From Pavona decussata (Eukaryota), in assembly GCA_977016875.1 (NCBI GenBank), contig CDRNST010000049.1, forward strand, positions 6,448,001 to 6,512,000: DNA of 64,000 bases. Direction: 5' to 3'. Both the position numbers and the translations under genes were made by a program. The notes below the pieces were generated by a model that was given only the letters and a program-made list of their open reading frames with translations, ran no database searches and was not told where the DNA came from. This document shows positions 24,845 to 39,300 of the stretch, in pieces; position 1 is the first letter of the stretch, and each line of letters opens with the position of its first letter.

Positions 24845-27800
24845 CTAAATCAAAAACGAGAAATAAAAGAAATGATTTTGTAATGCGTAAATCTTATGGA
24901 TTTGAGAAGTTACATGGCGAAGAAAGTCTTCAAACAGTGAACAGTGGACGGTCTGACTAGCCGGAAAATGGTTATTAGCTTTATTTAGCCACTATTGTCT
25001 AGAGATAGCGATGCCTGTTATTGCAATTCGTGTAGTCGATTTAAACTGATTTCTTATTTACACATCAATTCTCTCAGACCGTGTTATTTAGAATTACTCC
25101 AGACGGCGCTTTCGGCAGATCCTTCAACAGTATGCAAGACGCAAACCACATGAAAAACTACAACTTTATTTAATTTTCTTGTGGAGGTTTGAACATTAAT
25201 TCAGTGCTTTTCGGCAAATATTTATTGATCGCCTTGCAGTTCTCCTCAATAATTTATGTTTTCGTTGTTTGCCGTTTCAAATCCCGTCAGGGACTTCGAA
25301 GTATTCTTCATCCAATTCTTGTAACAAGATGAAGGTACAATGTTTTCCAATGTTATTTACTGAGCTTAAAATTTGCCATTCTTCTTCTTCTGTCATTACC
25401 AGCTGCTCAAGAGGTTGCTTTCATCTACGCACTAACTAAACATCATAAAAAGATAGGGAAAACGATTCTTTTGTATAATGATGTCAAAGTCAGTTTCTTT
25501 TGACTTGCACAGTCATGCAGCCAAATTTATTTTGCGTAATGATAAATATAACGTCGTTTTGAAATGTAAGTTTCCAAAGTTTGAGATGTCCAGGGTGAAA
25601 CCTATATTTAAATAATTTATTTTGTCATTGCAAAAGCACTTTGGTGGCAAAGAATTTAAAAAAAAAATAAAAAAAATTATAATAATAAATAAAAATAAAA
25701 AACTTGACGATCTTACAAGCGCAACAAGTTGGACTATTTTGAGCCGGAAAATGGTTGTTCAAAGCGCGCGGTCATAAATACAACTTGAGAATATCCGCAA
25801 CGACGTAATGTTGGGTACAGTGTGGCGGATAGTGGGAAAGAGAAGGCTAAAGGAGGGAGATATTGCGTTGCTGGCGCCCCAAACAATAAAAATTGTAAAA
25901 AATGTCGGAAAATGTAGGGAGTTACAATGCACCACTATTGACCCCAACATTACGTCAGAAGAGGAAATTTCGCAATAAACTCGACCCAGTCTCAGGACCA
26001 TTTTTCAGGTCAAAATAGTCCAACTTTCGGCGCTTGTGAAATCTTCTTGTTTCACCCTATACAACTCAAATTCACAATTTAAATACATTTCTCTTCATAT
26101 GCACTTTAAACACCGAAATATCCTTTAAAATGCCCAAAAATCCATTCAGTAGTGATAAAGAGGTTTCCTTACTGGACTCTCAATCAGAAGATTGCCAGCT
26201 CAGTACATCAAGACTGCAATTCCCTACCTTATTCTCAATGAAAATATGGCCTGAAGTGTTGAGATTAAATTTTTGTGGAAGATTTTCCATTTTGGCGCGT
26301 GGATCGCCATTTTACACGAAGCGCTTGATCTACCACGGGTCACGCTGTTTCCTTACACAAGGTACTTTACTTATTTTATTATTGGCTGCCATTACCCAAG
26401 TGGATGAATGTGTAGGAGTATGAGCGCGATGTTACCTACAGAATTTCAGGGGAACCTTTGAAGTAGATTAACATCCTGCCAAGAGGAAGGAATCTAAATT
26501 GTCCAAGTCGCTTTATGAGGACTCACGAGGACTTCACTTTAGACAATTTTCCAGGAAGTTTGCTTTTAATCCGAGTGGAATTTTCGCTTATCGTTTGTTC
26601 ATTTGCTTGAGTTTTGGCGTAGGGGGTTAATTTTAAACTACGTCGTTGAAAATGTGGAAAATATGCCGGTCAGGAAAGGTAGTTTACATAGGGAGATGAT
26701 GAAAGACTTTCGAAAATCATGTTAAGGTTGGGACTGTTACGAAATATATAGCACTGCTCAACCTGTATAAAAGTGTTAGAAGTTAGGAAACTGAAAAGTG
26801 TTGATTACAAACTTAGATACCACTAATTATTAACTTACAAGCAAGCATTCCTATGACCAAAGAATTTGCTCCAAGAACCAGTGTGTTGACCATGACTGTA
26901 TCCATGTACAGGTCGCTGGAACCAGGTATGCTCTCCGCTGGAATCCTACTCACAGCACCAACGCCCAAGTTGATGACAGTTACGGCAAGGGACGCCGTCA
27001 TCAATCTGTTCTCAAAAGCGTCTTGTATTGGACGGATCCAGGCAAAAAGCACTCCAAACATCATTGCAACAACCCATGCTAAGCCAACATAGGACCTGGT
27101 CTCTTGTCCGATAAGGATAAGACCAGATGTAACGATCACTTTCCGAGACATCTCTACAAGTTCCCAATACCAGGAACTACCCTTGTAGTTTTCGTGGAGA
27201 AAACGCAATCCTGGAAATATTTCAGTGGGTAAGCCGCCATCTTCAGACGTCACCTCATATGCTGGGGCACAAATACCTCTTTGTTGTCTCCAGAGGGCGA
27301 CGAATGTGGCCAGTGGAAGGGCAAAGACATAGGCAACGGAAATATATCCCACGATAATCAAGCGGTTGTACCTTAAATCATGGCATTGTATGCTGTAATC
27401 AGCTTTCAGATACGTAAGACAAGACTTGTCTTCTTCATCTTGGCACAGTTTCCGGCAAGTGATTGGCAGGACAGAAGCCGTTTTGTAGCACGTGCTGAGG
27501 TATGTTATGTACAGGACGAAAAACAAATTTCTGTACACCAGCTCTTTTGCATCGGAGAGCTTTCTCAACTTCTCTTCTCTTGCCATGGATCGATTTTTAG
27601 CGACAGTAAGTTTACGCACTCCGTAAGCAACACAAGCAAACCCGATAGCACCAGCATTGATTGTCATAATCGCAAACAGGTTTCCAAACGCATCCATTTG
27701 CAACCCTTGAGAGAGGCAGTGAACTGGAGCAATCCGAAATATATTCAGCTGCAGTATTTCGGAATACTTGCCGATGACTCGCAGGGAGCCAGGCCATTTT

Positions 27801-30800
27801 ACATACGAGAACGCTTCCAGCATGCCATAAGTGACCTGGTAAAAGCCGATTGCAATCTTTATTTTAGATAGCAAAGAGTCTATTAACGAACGTTCTCCTT
27901 CGTCCTTTCTATTCTTTCTCTTGGTTTTCCACACTGAAACTAAAATGATTATCAAAACAATAACAGTAGTAATGGACAACTGTCCGGCTATCCACATCTT
28001 AGATGGACATTGATTGCACGTTTGCAGCTGTTTATAATACCCAGCACTACAAACACTACAAAGTGGACCTTTGTAGCCAATCTTACAATGGGAATCAATT
28101 CCTCCTTGGCAAGAGTCTTCCGTGGGGCACATGTAAGGCGTTGGTATTGGATAAGGGTGTTGTACGGCCTTCTCTCCTAATGCAGGGTGAGAACTCAAGA
28201 GATTTTTTACAAAATATCTATAGCGATGTTTGTAAGTCTCGTTTCTCCACTTCCACCAGTAACCAGATCTCAAAAAAGCATAATCGTCCTTGCATTCTAG
28301 TCCCTCTTCACATTTGCGACATTCTTTAAACATGTGGGTTCGATGAAAGCGTTTCAGACATGGGCAGGCACGCAGCCCAGCAAAGAAATCAGTTTCTGTA
28401 CCTATGGAAGACAAAAGACGAGAACCCAGAGACTGTATATTTGGTAACGTTTCATACTTTGTCAGAAAGAGCACACAAAATAAATACTATAGAAATGGAA
28501 TGAAATTATTTTTGTACTTCTCGATTAGATCACCAGCGTTTTTGATCTAATCCCAGATTCTTGGGTTCAAATCGCGCCGAGGTCAAAGATTTTCCTTTGA
28601 CCTTGGCAAACCAAAATTCCTTCACAGGGATAGCAAGCCCGGGATCTATAAGGATAGAAGTCTTCATTTTGGCACTCAATAAATAATTTCATTCCATTTC
28701 TATCACATTACATGGGTGCAACGCGGCTCAAAAACGTTATAATACAAAATGAATATAAGAATACACTTGTTATTTGACAAGGAACCCATGCGCATAGCCA
28801 TAGAAAGAACGTGGACAAAAAAAAAAAAGATATAACGATGTCTGTTGTGGTTTACAAGCCCTTTCTGTCGATATGCATAGTTTATTGCGCATCTTAATAG
28901 TTATATACATATGAGTTCACGTGCAACCGTTATCTTGCAGTGACTCAATGATAACGTAGCCACTTTCCGTACATTCTACCCATCAAAATTCCCCGAAACT
29001 TCTCACGAGACGGTAAAGTACCTCATACGCACACCTTGTTGTGAGGAAGGCTATTGCATCTCGTCCCGCTTGCTTAGAGTTTCCTTTGTTACCATGTTTT
29101 GAAAATGTTTTGACTTTCATAAACAGCTGTTGTAAGGCCACTATAAGACGACTTTTATAGTCTAGTTCCAGAATGTTATGGTCACTTCTGGGGTCTTTTG
29201 ATGGTATGGAGAGAACGCTTTGCTTGCCAACTGTGTTATTTCTGGGTATTATTTTGTCTTTAGCGATATCTCAAGAACAGCTGATAGATGTTAAACGAAT
29301 AATTGGAAAAAATGAAGTCTGACAAGCCTTTGTTTTCAACGCAAATCGTAAGTCTTCCAGATTGGCAGTAAGCAAGAACAGAAATGAACACTCCAGATGT
29401 ACGAAATGACTCCGAAAACCTGCAGTTTTGTATATACGATTGCTGGTCTTGCACAATGAAAAAATCAATTTAACGAGCATGCCTGTGTCCCTGACTGAAA
29501 AATAATACATCTATAATTTATTCTGAGGCTTAAAACATAAAATCACTATTTTTCACAAGTCATAACAATGTTATTTTTCCATTGTGATTATGGAATATCA
29601 ATTGGCCACTCTGTCTCAGTAAGGATTTTGTGTTCAAAGGTGATTGCGACCTCTCCGTTTTTAGTGAAGCATTTTCACAATATTCATGAAATCCTTCCAG
29701 CACAGACAAAAAAAGAACGAAGTAATACTTCATTGCGACCAAGCTTTCATTCTTGGTTGTAAGCTCGCCAAATAAAGTGTTTTTCAAGATTTTCTCACAC
29801 TAATCATCTTCTATCGGAAGGCAATTGCCAATTTCCAGAGATTGCGGACTTAGGCCGGTTTAAACGGTTTCAACATTTCACCATCATTCGTTCAACAAAA
29901 GTTGAACGGATGTTGGACAAATGTTGAACGGAGTGTTTAAACGGCTTCAACACCATTCAAAATTTTCGAGAACAAAGGAAATGTTGTATGGATGTTGAAT
30001 GAAAATTTAAAACGATTTAAATTTGATTCAACCCGCTTTCAACAAGCTTTCAACATTTCAGTACACTTTCAACAATGTTGGACGACCTGTTCAAACGCCC
30101 CCAACATTTGGTTGAACAAAGTGTTGAACGCATGTTGAACAGAATGTTGAAACTGTTTAAACTTAACTGGCCTTAAGTTAAAGAAAAGCAGTATACCTAA
30201 ATAACATGTACGGAGACGCTTTACCTTGTGGACAAGACTTGCAATCTGATTTTCGAGTTCCTGGTGCCTTATCAAATGCAACAAAGGAACCATTTGGACA
30301 TCTCTTGCAGCTTTTACCCACATAGCCAACATCATCAGAGTAAAATCCACCTGAAAAAGAAACAAAAAAGGCCAATACTTTGGCGCATAGCAATTCGCAA
30401 TTGCATCCAAACAATTTTGCCCTAAGCAACACATATATATTTCAAAGTTTCTAATCGAGAAATATTTATCAGTCATGCGCTGGAGAAAAAACGAGGTCTA
30501 TAAGCAAGGAGCCGAGGGTTTTGAACATCGAAATTACCAGGCGTGTCGTTAAGTCTGTAATCGAACAATAAAGAACCAAGGCCTCTGACCTCAGCAAAAA
30601 CCAGAAACGCTTGAGGAGCTGAGGTCAGTGGTTTGGGTGAACTAATAAAGAAACTAAGACGGTCACCCTTTATCGAAGGTTGAAAGTTTCATGACACAAG
30701 ACTGCAAGGGTTAATAATATAGTATGGTAATATTTAAGAACGAAATGAGCAATTAGGGCGACGAAACGGTTTTGTTTTACAATTTGAGTAGGGTAACCGT

Positions 30801-32192
30801 AATTAGAATACTTAGAGGTCCGAAAACTGAAAGCGCTTAAGCAAGGGTATAATGTGCAGTCAGTTTTGCCTGAAAACAAATATTCGAGACTTTTTGTTTT
30901 TCTGTTTTTTTATTATATTTTATTATTGTTTTATCACTGTGTTTTTTATCAGTAAAACCTTAGATTTCTCTTTATGTGTCCATGTAAAAACTCCATTCAC
31001 CAACAAAATTCACAGAATCTGATATTGGCTCTGCCCCGGTGTCCCACTGTGTGTGTATATGTCTTAAGCAATTGCGCAAAGATAGTTTAGTAACGCAAAT
31101 ATGTGTTGACATATACATTTCGAAAAGAAAGTGTAATTGTAAACTCGCGGGGACATAGAAAATACCTACAAGTACGGTTAAAAAAAATTACCTGGAGGGC
31201 ATGATGTGCATCCCTCACTTCCTTGAGAAGAAGAATTGGAAAATGTTCCCAAGGGACATGGCAAGAAATAAGCAACCTTCTCATTGGAATCCTCGGGTAC
31301 CCTTCTGAATCCAGATGCCGTCAGGACATTAATTAAGCCACCAATGAAAGGTAAAATCTCAATGTAGTCAAGATATTGTACGTCAACGGCTTCGGATTTT
31401 GAATTGAGAGGATTCCTATAAAAGGGAAATTAACTTGGATTAATTTAGCAGGAATATAAACATCACGTCAATTGGCATGTCTTGCCATAATCTACCTATG
31501 TCATGATCTATACTCCACAGAATGTTGCAGTGTTCGCAGTTTGGGGTGCGTCCAACTAAGATTAAACGAATGTTGAGATGTCTTTAATTTAAGTGACTCT
31601 AATTTCTTCAATTAAGATATTATTTATTTTTCTGTTCTATGTTATAAGTATGAGTTATGGTGATATTTATCAAATGGAGGAAAGATCCTCGCAGTTACTA
31701 CGCAACTTAAGCAGTTGCGAAAAGAAAGCCTGAAAAAATTCAGGCTTGAACGGGATTCGAACCCATGACAGTCTGCAATGCCGGTGCAGTGCTCTACCAA
31801 CTGAGCTATCAAGCCAACTGGGAGCTGGTCATATTGTGAGTTCGTCATATACCCGTGAAGGATGAATAAATAAATGAAAATATATGAAACATATATTTTG
31901 AACTGCGGATGAAAGATCAAATCGAAGAAAGATCCTCCCAGTTACTACGCAACTTAAGCAGTTGGAGGCGGCGTGGCCCAGTGGTAAGGGCGCCGGACTT
32001 GAAATCCGGAGGTCCCGGGTTCAAGTCCCACCTCGGCCACGCTTGTAAATAACCAGCTGGTTTGCCTCCTGCCAGTTGGGATTTTTAACATGTTATGTTT
32101 GATTTGATTATTATTTGTTTCCCATTATTTCTGAGTGGAATGCCTGTAAACTAGCTTTGGGTAGCTAAGTGCATTTTCACTATAAACAAAGC

Positions 32193-32244
<52 letters not shown>

Positions 32245-34525
32245 AAAGAAAGCCTGAAAAAATTCAGGCTTTCTGAACGCATCCTTTGATTTGACCTTTC
32301 CGGCATCCGCAGTTCAAAGTATATTTTTCATATATTTTCACGGTGATATTTATCTTAGTATGTTTACCATCCTCAATCATGTCTACTAACAGATAAATGG
32401 TGCAACCACTCTTGCCGTCAGAGAAATATTTCAGCGTTTTAAGCGCTCTGTTTTTCAATAACCTGGAAGATAAATAATACTAAATGCTTGAACGTAGATA
32501 AAGTAGTCCAAGGAAAAATGTTACATTTTATTTCAAAATATTTCAACGGGCTAATAAATGGCTACTTTTTGAGATAATACTATCCAAACATAATGCCATC
32601 GTTTACTATCTGTTTATGTATATATATATAACATATCCTTTGGACTTGGCATTGCTTTAAAAGTTGATAATGGGCGGATACGTTACAGGTTGGAATCTCG
32701 ACTACGAAGGCCTATGAAGGACTCCTGGTTCAATGTCTTCAGATTTGTCCGAAGCAAATATCTGTTAGAATGAAACAGAAATATTACTTAGCTACCCCGA
32801 AAGCAACATAGAATTTTGACCAAGCAAAATGTATTACAGTGTAGAGCGGTTTTCTAATGGTAGTACTAGAAGTAACCTCAAAGTAATTGCAATTGGTGAG
32901 TAAAAATTTTAATAATAATGTCACGAGAGTATTTTAGTTGCGTCATTTTGCATTAACAGTAGCGAGCATGTCGCTTACAATTGATGTTCGCGAAGTACTT
33001 ATCCTCTCAAGTGTGTGTGTCTTGAATATTCATTAAAGTGAATTATGTGCTCGGCTGCGGGCAGCCCTAACGAAAGGTGTTCTAGTTTTATTCGGTTTAT
33101 CCTTTTGATATACTACATTTTGCGACGAAGATGGGATCGTATTATCGGTAGACTTGGCTATTCCACCATACCACCCCTCATCGGACGGTGCGGCGGAGAG
33201 GTCAGTCTGTGTCGAACTCGTAGTCGGGTTGCCGTTTATTATCCCGTACTCCAGTAACACAACAGTAACACAGTAACACAACGTCAGGCGATATGTTGGT
33301 CATTTTTTGTTCGTTTAGTAATTTTTATTCTGTAGGCATTGGCCATTCTTTATTCTCTAAGCTAATGCACGTCGGACTCATGGCCATTACTTTTCATTCC
33401 AATAAAATTATTCCATTAAACTCACGCGTGTAAGTAACTTACACTTTCATCTTGAAAACTCCAAGTCGAAACGCTGCTGGCTCGATTCTTTCTATAGGGT
33501 TGTCTGATAACATTCTAAAAACAGAACAAAACAAAACAAATATATAAAAAAATGAGACAGTGGCAAACTGTTTACCGAAGTGTATACGCACTTGGCTCGT
33601 TACTACTTCCCCTTATTTGTTGCTGATGTGAAAGAAAGCGGTATATTTTCCTCAGATAACTTACAATCACTGCATAAGCACGATTTATGCTGATGGACAA
33701 TTTGTCTTGTAAGGAACTAATCCCTCTCTCCGTAAAGGGACATTATAAGCGAGTTTTCATTATATTTTAAGGTAGCGTCAAAGTTAGGAAAAAATAGTTG
33801 CAGTCTCAATATTACTTAATTAGTGCTCATGAGGAAAACGCGCGACATCATTTGTTGCCAAAATTCAACAGTCAATTGGGCAACAGCCTATTCTGTGCAA
33901 ACTTACTCACAGTAAACCTGAAAGCCCTAGAACTTATGGATCTTAACTAGTAATAGTTTTCACTAGAGCTGCCCCCTCTTTTGAAAATCTGTTTAACACC
34001 TGTATATGGTTTTTACTGGATATAAATACTGTGCATACGAATGTTAAAAAAGAAACGTTTGAATATTTATTGAAGTTAACATCCATGTAACTGGTAAGCA
34101 TATTTCTCTGTAAATTTAACATTGAAATCTATTACAGTCATACAGTTTTGTTTTGTGAAGCAGCAACGTATTGTATGTATAATTATGTGAACTCGTGGTT
34201 TGAAAGGCTGCTAAAGACGCAGAAGATGGCGAGACTTGACTTCGTGGTTGAAATGCTGCTAAATGATGGCGAAATGCGAACTGATGGTTGCAAGACCTTG
34301 AAACACTGCTAGAAAGAACTCGAAATGCTGCTAGAGGACGACGAAACGCAAACTTTAGCTCGCAAGACAGTTAAATGCTGATCAAAGACCTCGTGGTTGC
34401 AGAATGACAGCTACCCGACAGCACCTTGCGCTTTTGCTGAAATATTGCCCGAGACCACCGTGCGCGCCTAGTTTGATCAAATCGAGATTATTTTCTCATA
34501 CTAACAAATTTACTTACAGTACTTA

Positions 34526-34558
<33 letters not shown>

Positions 34559-36318
34559 CTCGGGTTTTGGTCTCTGGGCCAAAACCCTGCGGTGGCAATT
34601 AGAATAAAATCAATCCTCGTTTCAGGAAAATGTTCGCGTTTCCTTAAAAAATCTCCCAGTAGTGTTAGTATTTCATATTCGCTATTTCATGTTATATTTT
34701 AGTTTTGTTTGGTTTAAAGATTCCTTTTTTGGGATACCAAAAATCACAGAAATCGGTGAAAGATTATAGGTCGAACATTGGATTCAAATATTTAGTCCGG
34801 GCCTGCGCCTTAAAGTAATGTAACTAATAAAGGAAATTTAATGTGTGTAATTTCAAGTGTGGCAAATAACTATACGAAAAAGGTTTTGAAGAATTAGAAA
34901 GCACTTATGACCACAAGAACATATTATGTAGCTTTCCTTTAAAATGGTGATGTACGACAGTAGTTAGTTGACAATAGACAAATATGTTCTCTACTAAGAA
35001 TAAGTCAATTTTTGTGGATTTTGTATTGGTTATTCTACGAATTCTCCCTTGAAGGTGTTGTTCATGTGCTAAATATGAGAGACCAACAATTAGGTTCCCA
35101 TTCAATGAAAAATGCGACAAAAGGACAATGTCAGTTCCGATCTGCACTTGGATGGGGATTCCTAGAAAGAAGAGGGCGTGTAGTTATCTTGCTCAACAGG
35201 ATTCTGAACCAGCTTCACTGCATCAGATTTACAAATGTTAATAGCATAATAGCATATATTTCCGTTCTGATCGCCGTTACCGCCATTACATTTCTTAGCC
35301 ATTCATTTCAAAGTCGTAAATCTTCACTGTGGAGACTAATGGGGGTGGGGAGGGGGTAATTAAGGTATGACTGGAATAGACACAACAGAATTTACAGGTT
35401 GATTCTTTCAAATGGCTGTTAATCTGGTTCTTAACTCACATTATTTGGCTGAACGAATGAGCTAGGTACGGCGGTGGATTTGAATGAACGAAGGTTCCAC
35501 GTGTAATGTTCACCAAAAGGTTGCCACTGACAAACCTACAAATACAACAAACCAAAACCAAAGAAAACGACGACTCAACGCTTTCAATTCTGCCACTACG
35601 AAATTAGTCATGCAAATCTAGTATTATGAGCTTTTGGACGCTTCCTAGGAACGGTACAATATTTTTTCTTACCAGAACATTCATGGAGGCTTGAAGCTGG
35701 AATTTCAGATATTAGTTAAATTTACAAATTAATAAAACAGCGTTCTCAGAGCAGTTAACTTGGAATGAGATTACTTTTCTTCTGGTAACTTTAATGTTTT
35801 AGCTCACGTTAGTGTTCTTTTAGTGGTTTCCATTACTTTTCGTTCAATTTTGGTGCTTTCCTGAAGTTTTGGGGAAATCCCGCAATCTAAGATGGTGGAT
35901 TCATGATGGCCACCACTTGGTAATTATAGCGTAATTGCCATGTTATTTGTCGTAACAACCTTGGAGGTACTTTTCCGTACTCCAAGTGTAATTCTCATAG
36001 CTTTAATAGTAACGGAGTTATTATGGGGAAGGGTGGGGGAGCGGAATCCTCCCTCTCAGTCCTAGAAAACCAAAAAAAAAGAAAAAAGAAAAAAGAAAAA
36101 TCCGGGTTTAGATACGGTTAAGAAAGGCGCCTACTTGTTCAAAGGTATTTTCTTGTGTGGTTCATGATTATCCGGGAAAAAGAATATCTTAGCAAGAGCT
36201 ATTGAAATCCAAAAAGAAAATTGGTGGTAACTACGCGTTTTTCAGAGATAACTAGGCTTCAATTTTACAAAGAATTCCAAACACTGTTATGTATTTTAAA
36301 GGTTCTTAGAGTTATTGT

Positions 36319-36376
<58 letters not shown>

Positions 36377-39300
36377 TAATAATAATAAAAGTAATATATA
36401 ATTGTAATAAGAAACTTCCCAGAATCCTTTGCACCTAAAAATCGCTTTGTCGATTTGAGGCCAAGGTGGATACCAGATGGGGATAACACTTGCCATAAAA
36501 TGTCACTCATATCAATTTTAGTTCGAGGTGCATTGCAACATAAATTTGCAGGTATGGAGATATTGATTAGAAATATCTGTTATAGCACTGCTACGGTGGT
36601 GACGTCATCGGTCACATGATTAGGACGCTCCGAATTTTTAGAGGGTAATTTTTCATTTAAAATTAGCAGGAGATCTACTCATGCAAATGTTCTGAATGTC
36701 TCCTGTTTAGCGCCATAAGCCACCGTTACACGTTGAAACTTTTAGCTGAAACTTGTGTGCAACGGCGAACGAGACCAGTTTCACGAAGTAGTGTTACACG
36801 GTGAAACTCTTGTTTTTTCACCACTGCGACCGTTGCAAGCCGTTGCAGAAGTAAAAAGCGGTACCGGTTCTTCTTTTCGTGAAACTTGTCTCGCAACGGA
36901 AGTGCGAAAAAGTTTCACGAAACCGACCATATTACACGGTGCAAAGCCTGCTGAAACTTGCACAAAAGTTTCAGCTAAAAGTTTCATCGTGTAACGGCGG
37001 CTTTATCGAGTAAAAGATCAAAGCAAAATCGTATATGAGGTTTGAATGTGTGTTCTTGCTAATGGCATCGACGGTTTCCTTCCATTTTGACTCCTTCATA
37101 GCTAGAATAGACCCTTATCACTCTGCGGCGATGTTGAGTCTCGTGGGAATAAAAAGCTTTGTATTGACACGGCAAGCCTCGCCCAGACGCGAATTCAGTG
37201 CGAGGCTTGCCATGTAAAAACAAAGTTTTCTTATTCTGCTGAGACTCAACATGGCCACCGTGTGATAAAGTTGTACATTTGTGGTAGCCTGGAAACAAGG
37301 GAGGAAAGTTATAGCGGGGTGAGAGCCTGGAGAGAGGCTAGCCTCATGACAGCGTACATAAAATGGTGGCGCGTCATTTCACTTTCCTCTTTTCTTGGAG
37401 AAAAGCGGTTTGCCAAATTGTTTTGCTCTCTAATTTTTCACTCGTCTCCTGTGAAAAGTTGTGAACAGCTTATTGGACAGTGGACTGCCGGACAAGAGGA
37501 CGGATTGATTGTAAGCAGTGAGCTAAATTTCCGGTAAGTTACGTAAACAAATATTAGTAACATGTTTGTTTTATGTACACCGCTTCAAACACTCGTTTTC
37601 TCCATATTGTTGTGTTGAATTTAGTTTGTAAAGCCTGGTTTACATGTACGACGCAAGCATAAGAATAAGCACAAGCACAAGCACAAGGATGTTTACACGT
37701 GCGATAAGCATAAGCATAACGTGACATACGCAAGCGCAGAAGCAAACAAATTTGGCGCAATCGCGCAGCCGGGCTGCCTTTTGGCGCGAGATTTGATTCC
37801 AACATGGCGGAAAATGGCAACGCATGAGTAACTAGATTGTACGCTGACAACTTGTCACTGTTTTTCAGTTTCCTTTCCTTGCGCTTATGCTTATGCTTGC
37901 GTCGTCCCGGTTTACACGTACAACGCAACGACGCAAGCATAAGCACAAGCGCAAGCACAAGGCGCTTATGCCTGCGTCGCACCGGTTTATACGTAGGTTT
38001 CTTGTGCTTATGCTTGTGCTTATGCTTATGCTTGCGTCGTACGTGTAAACCAGGCTTAAATAACACACGTTTACCAAACGGAGTTTGATAGCAGTTTGTA
38101 AGCGAAAGCAATCAGAAACACGAAATGTTGATAAGCAAACAGATTAATTTTTTCGCTCATGATAACCTTTTTGTAGTATTAAAAAGACATGTATGCATAT
38201 TTATTTATGCGTATGCTGATGCATTTGTAGACAAACATAAACTTGAAATGCGTCGTGTTCTTAGTTCAGGTTTACAATTTCTTTGCTGAGCATCAGTTTA
38301 AAGATTCTCGACTTCATTATGTCTGGGACTTCCTCCATTCCTTTAAAAAATTAAGGAATATTGATGCATTCATGTAATGGAAAAATCATGGTAAATTTTA
38401 AATTTGCAGGTTATAAAATTGTTTTGTACAAGATGTTTATTGAAACCACTAATCCTATGTTTTTTGCATGACATACATGTACAATTGCTGCTCTATTTTA
38501 GGTCAACAATATTTCTCAGTCACAGAGAAAATCTACTGATAATGCGATGGCCGTAGGGTTGTCCACATTATGCTCAATGTTTTACACTATTATGCTAATT
38601 CTTTATACTAAAACTTGTCACAATTACATGCTCAAATTACATCACTATTATGCGCCATAAAACTGTTCTTTTTTGTGATTTTCCTCCTTTGATTGTTGAG
38701 ACGACTCATCCGAGGAGGCAGCTGACAATGTTGTAAAACTGGAACTGTTGGATGGTCTTAATATGTGGTGCCTGGGCCAGTGTCTTGTGTGGGAATTCTA
38801 TGGTTTTGGTAAAGTTCTTATAAAACACAGATTCAATGCACTATTATTATAGCATAATGCTCTATTCGTTTGCCTCACTATTATCCTCGAAGTTATGCTG
38901 GCATAATTTAGATACTCCCAGCGAAGGGTTTGAATTTTATCTGGATTTATAATTATTTCACCACAGCCAACCTCACTGAATGCCATGTTCACCTTCCAGC
39001 TTGAGTTTGTCTGCGCACTGGATCTGTTTGATTTCATTTCTTTGTCCCATGATTTTTGCCCCTTCATCTCCAGGGGGCAGGGGGATTACTCGTGACAGGT
39101 ACATTAGTAACAGGAATGTGCAAAGACCTTGTTAAAGTCTGAAATTAATGCTTTTTTGGGTTGGAAACTTTGTGGTGACTTTTTGGGGGTGAGATGTATT
39201 TGGTACGGACATTTTTTGGGAAAACAAACAAAAGCCAGCATTGTTAACTTGTTTTTTTTTCAGATAGGACTTTTTTAGGTTATGATTTGGGCCATTGGAC

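Noticed and set aside
33907-34130. LRR-like fragments (LNLQRNMLTS, LRSISSRAF)
   Set aside because: Stops and splice phases are incompatible with the phase-2 array
35035-35112. LRR-like SLNGNLIVGLS on the minus strand
   Set aside because: No AG acceptor and no in-phase GT donor; poor C-terminal LRR match
36296-36510. Poly-Leu and poly-Tyr ORFs
   Set aside because: (AAT)n microsatellite
37554-38111. 185-aa KH-rich ORF and antisense CL-rich ORFs
   Set aside because: Translations of hexamer repeats inside a Harbinger-like MITE
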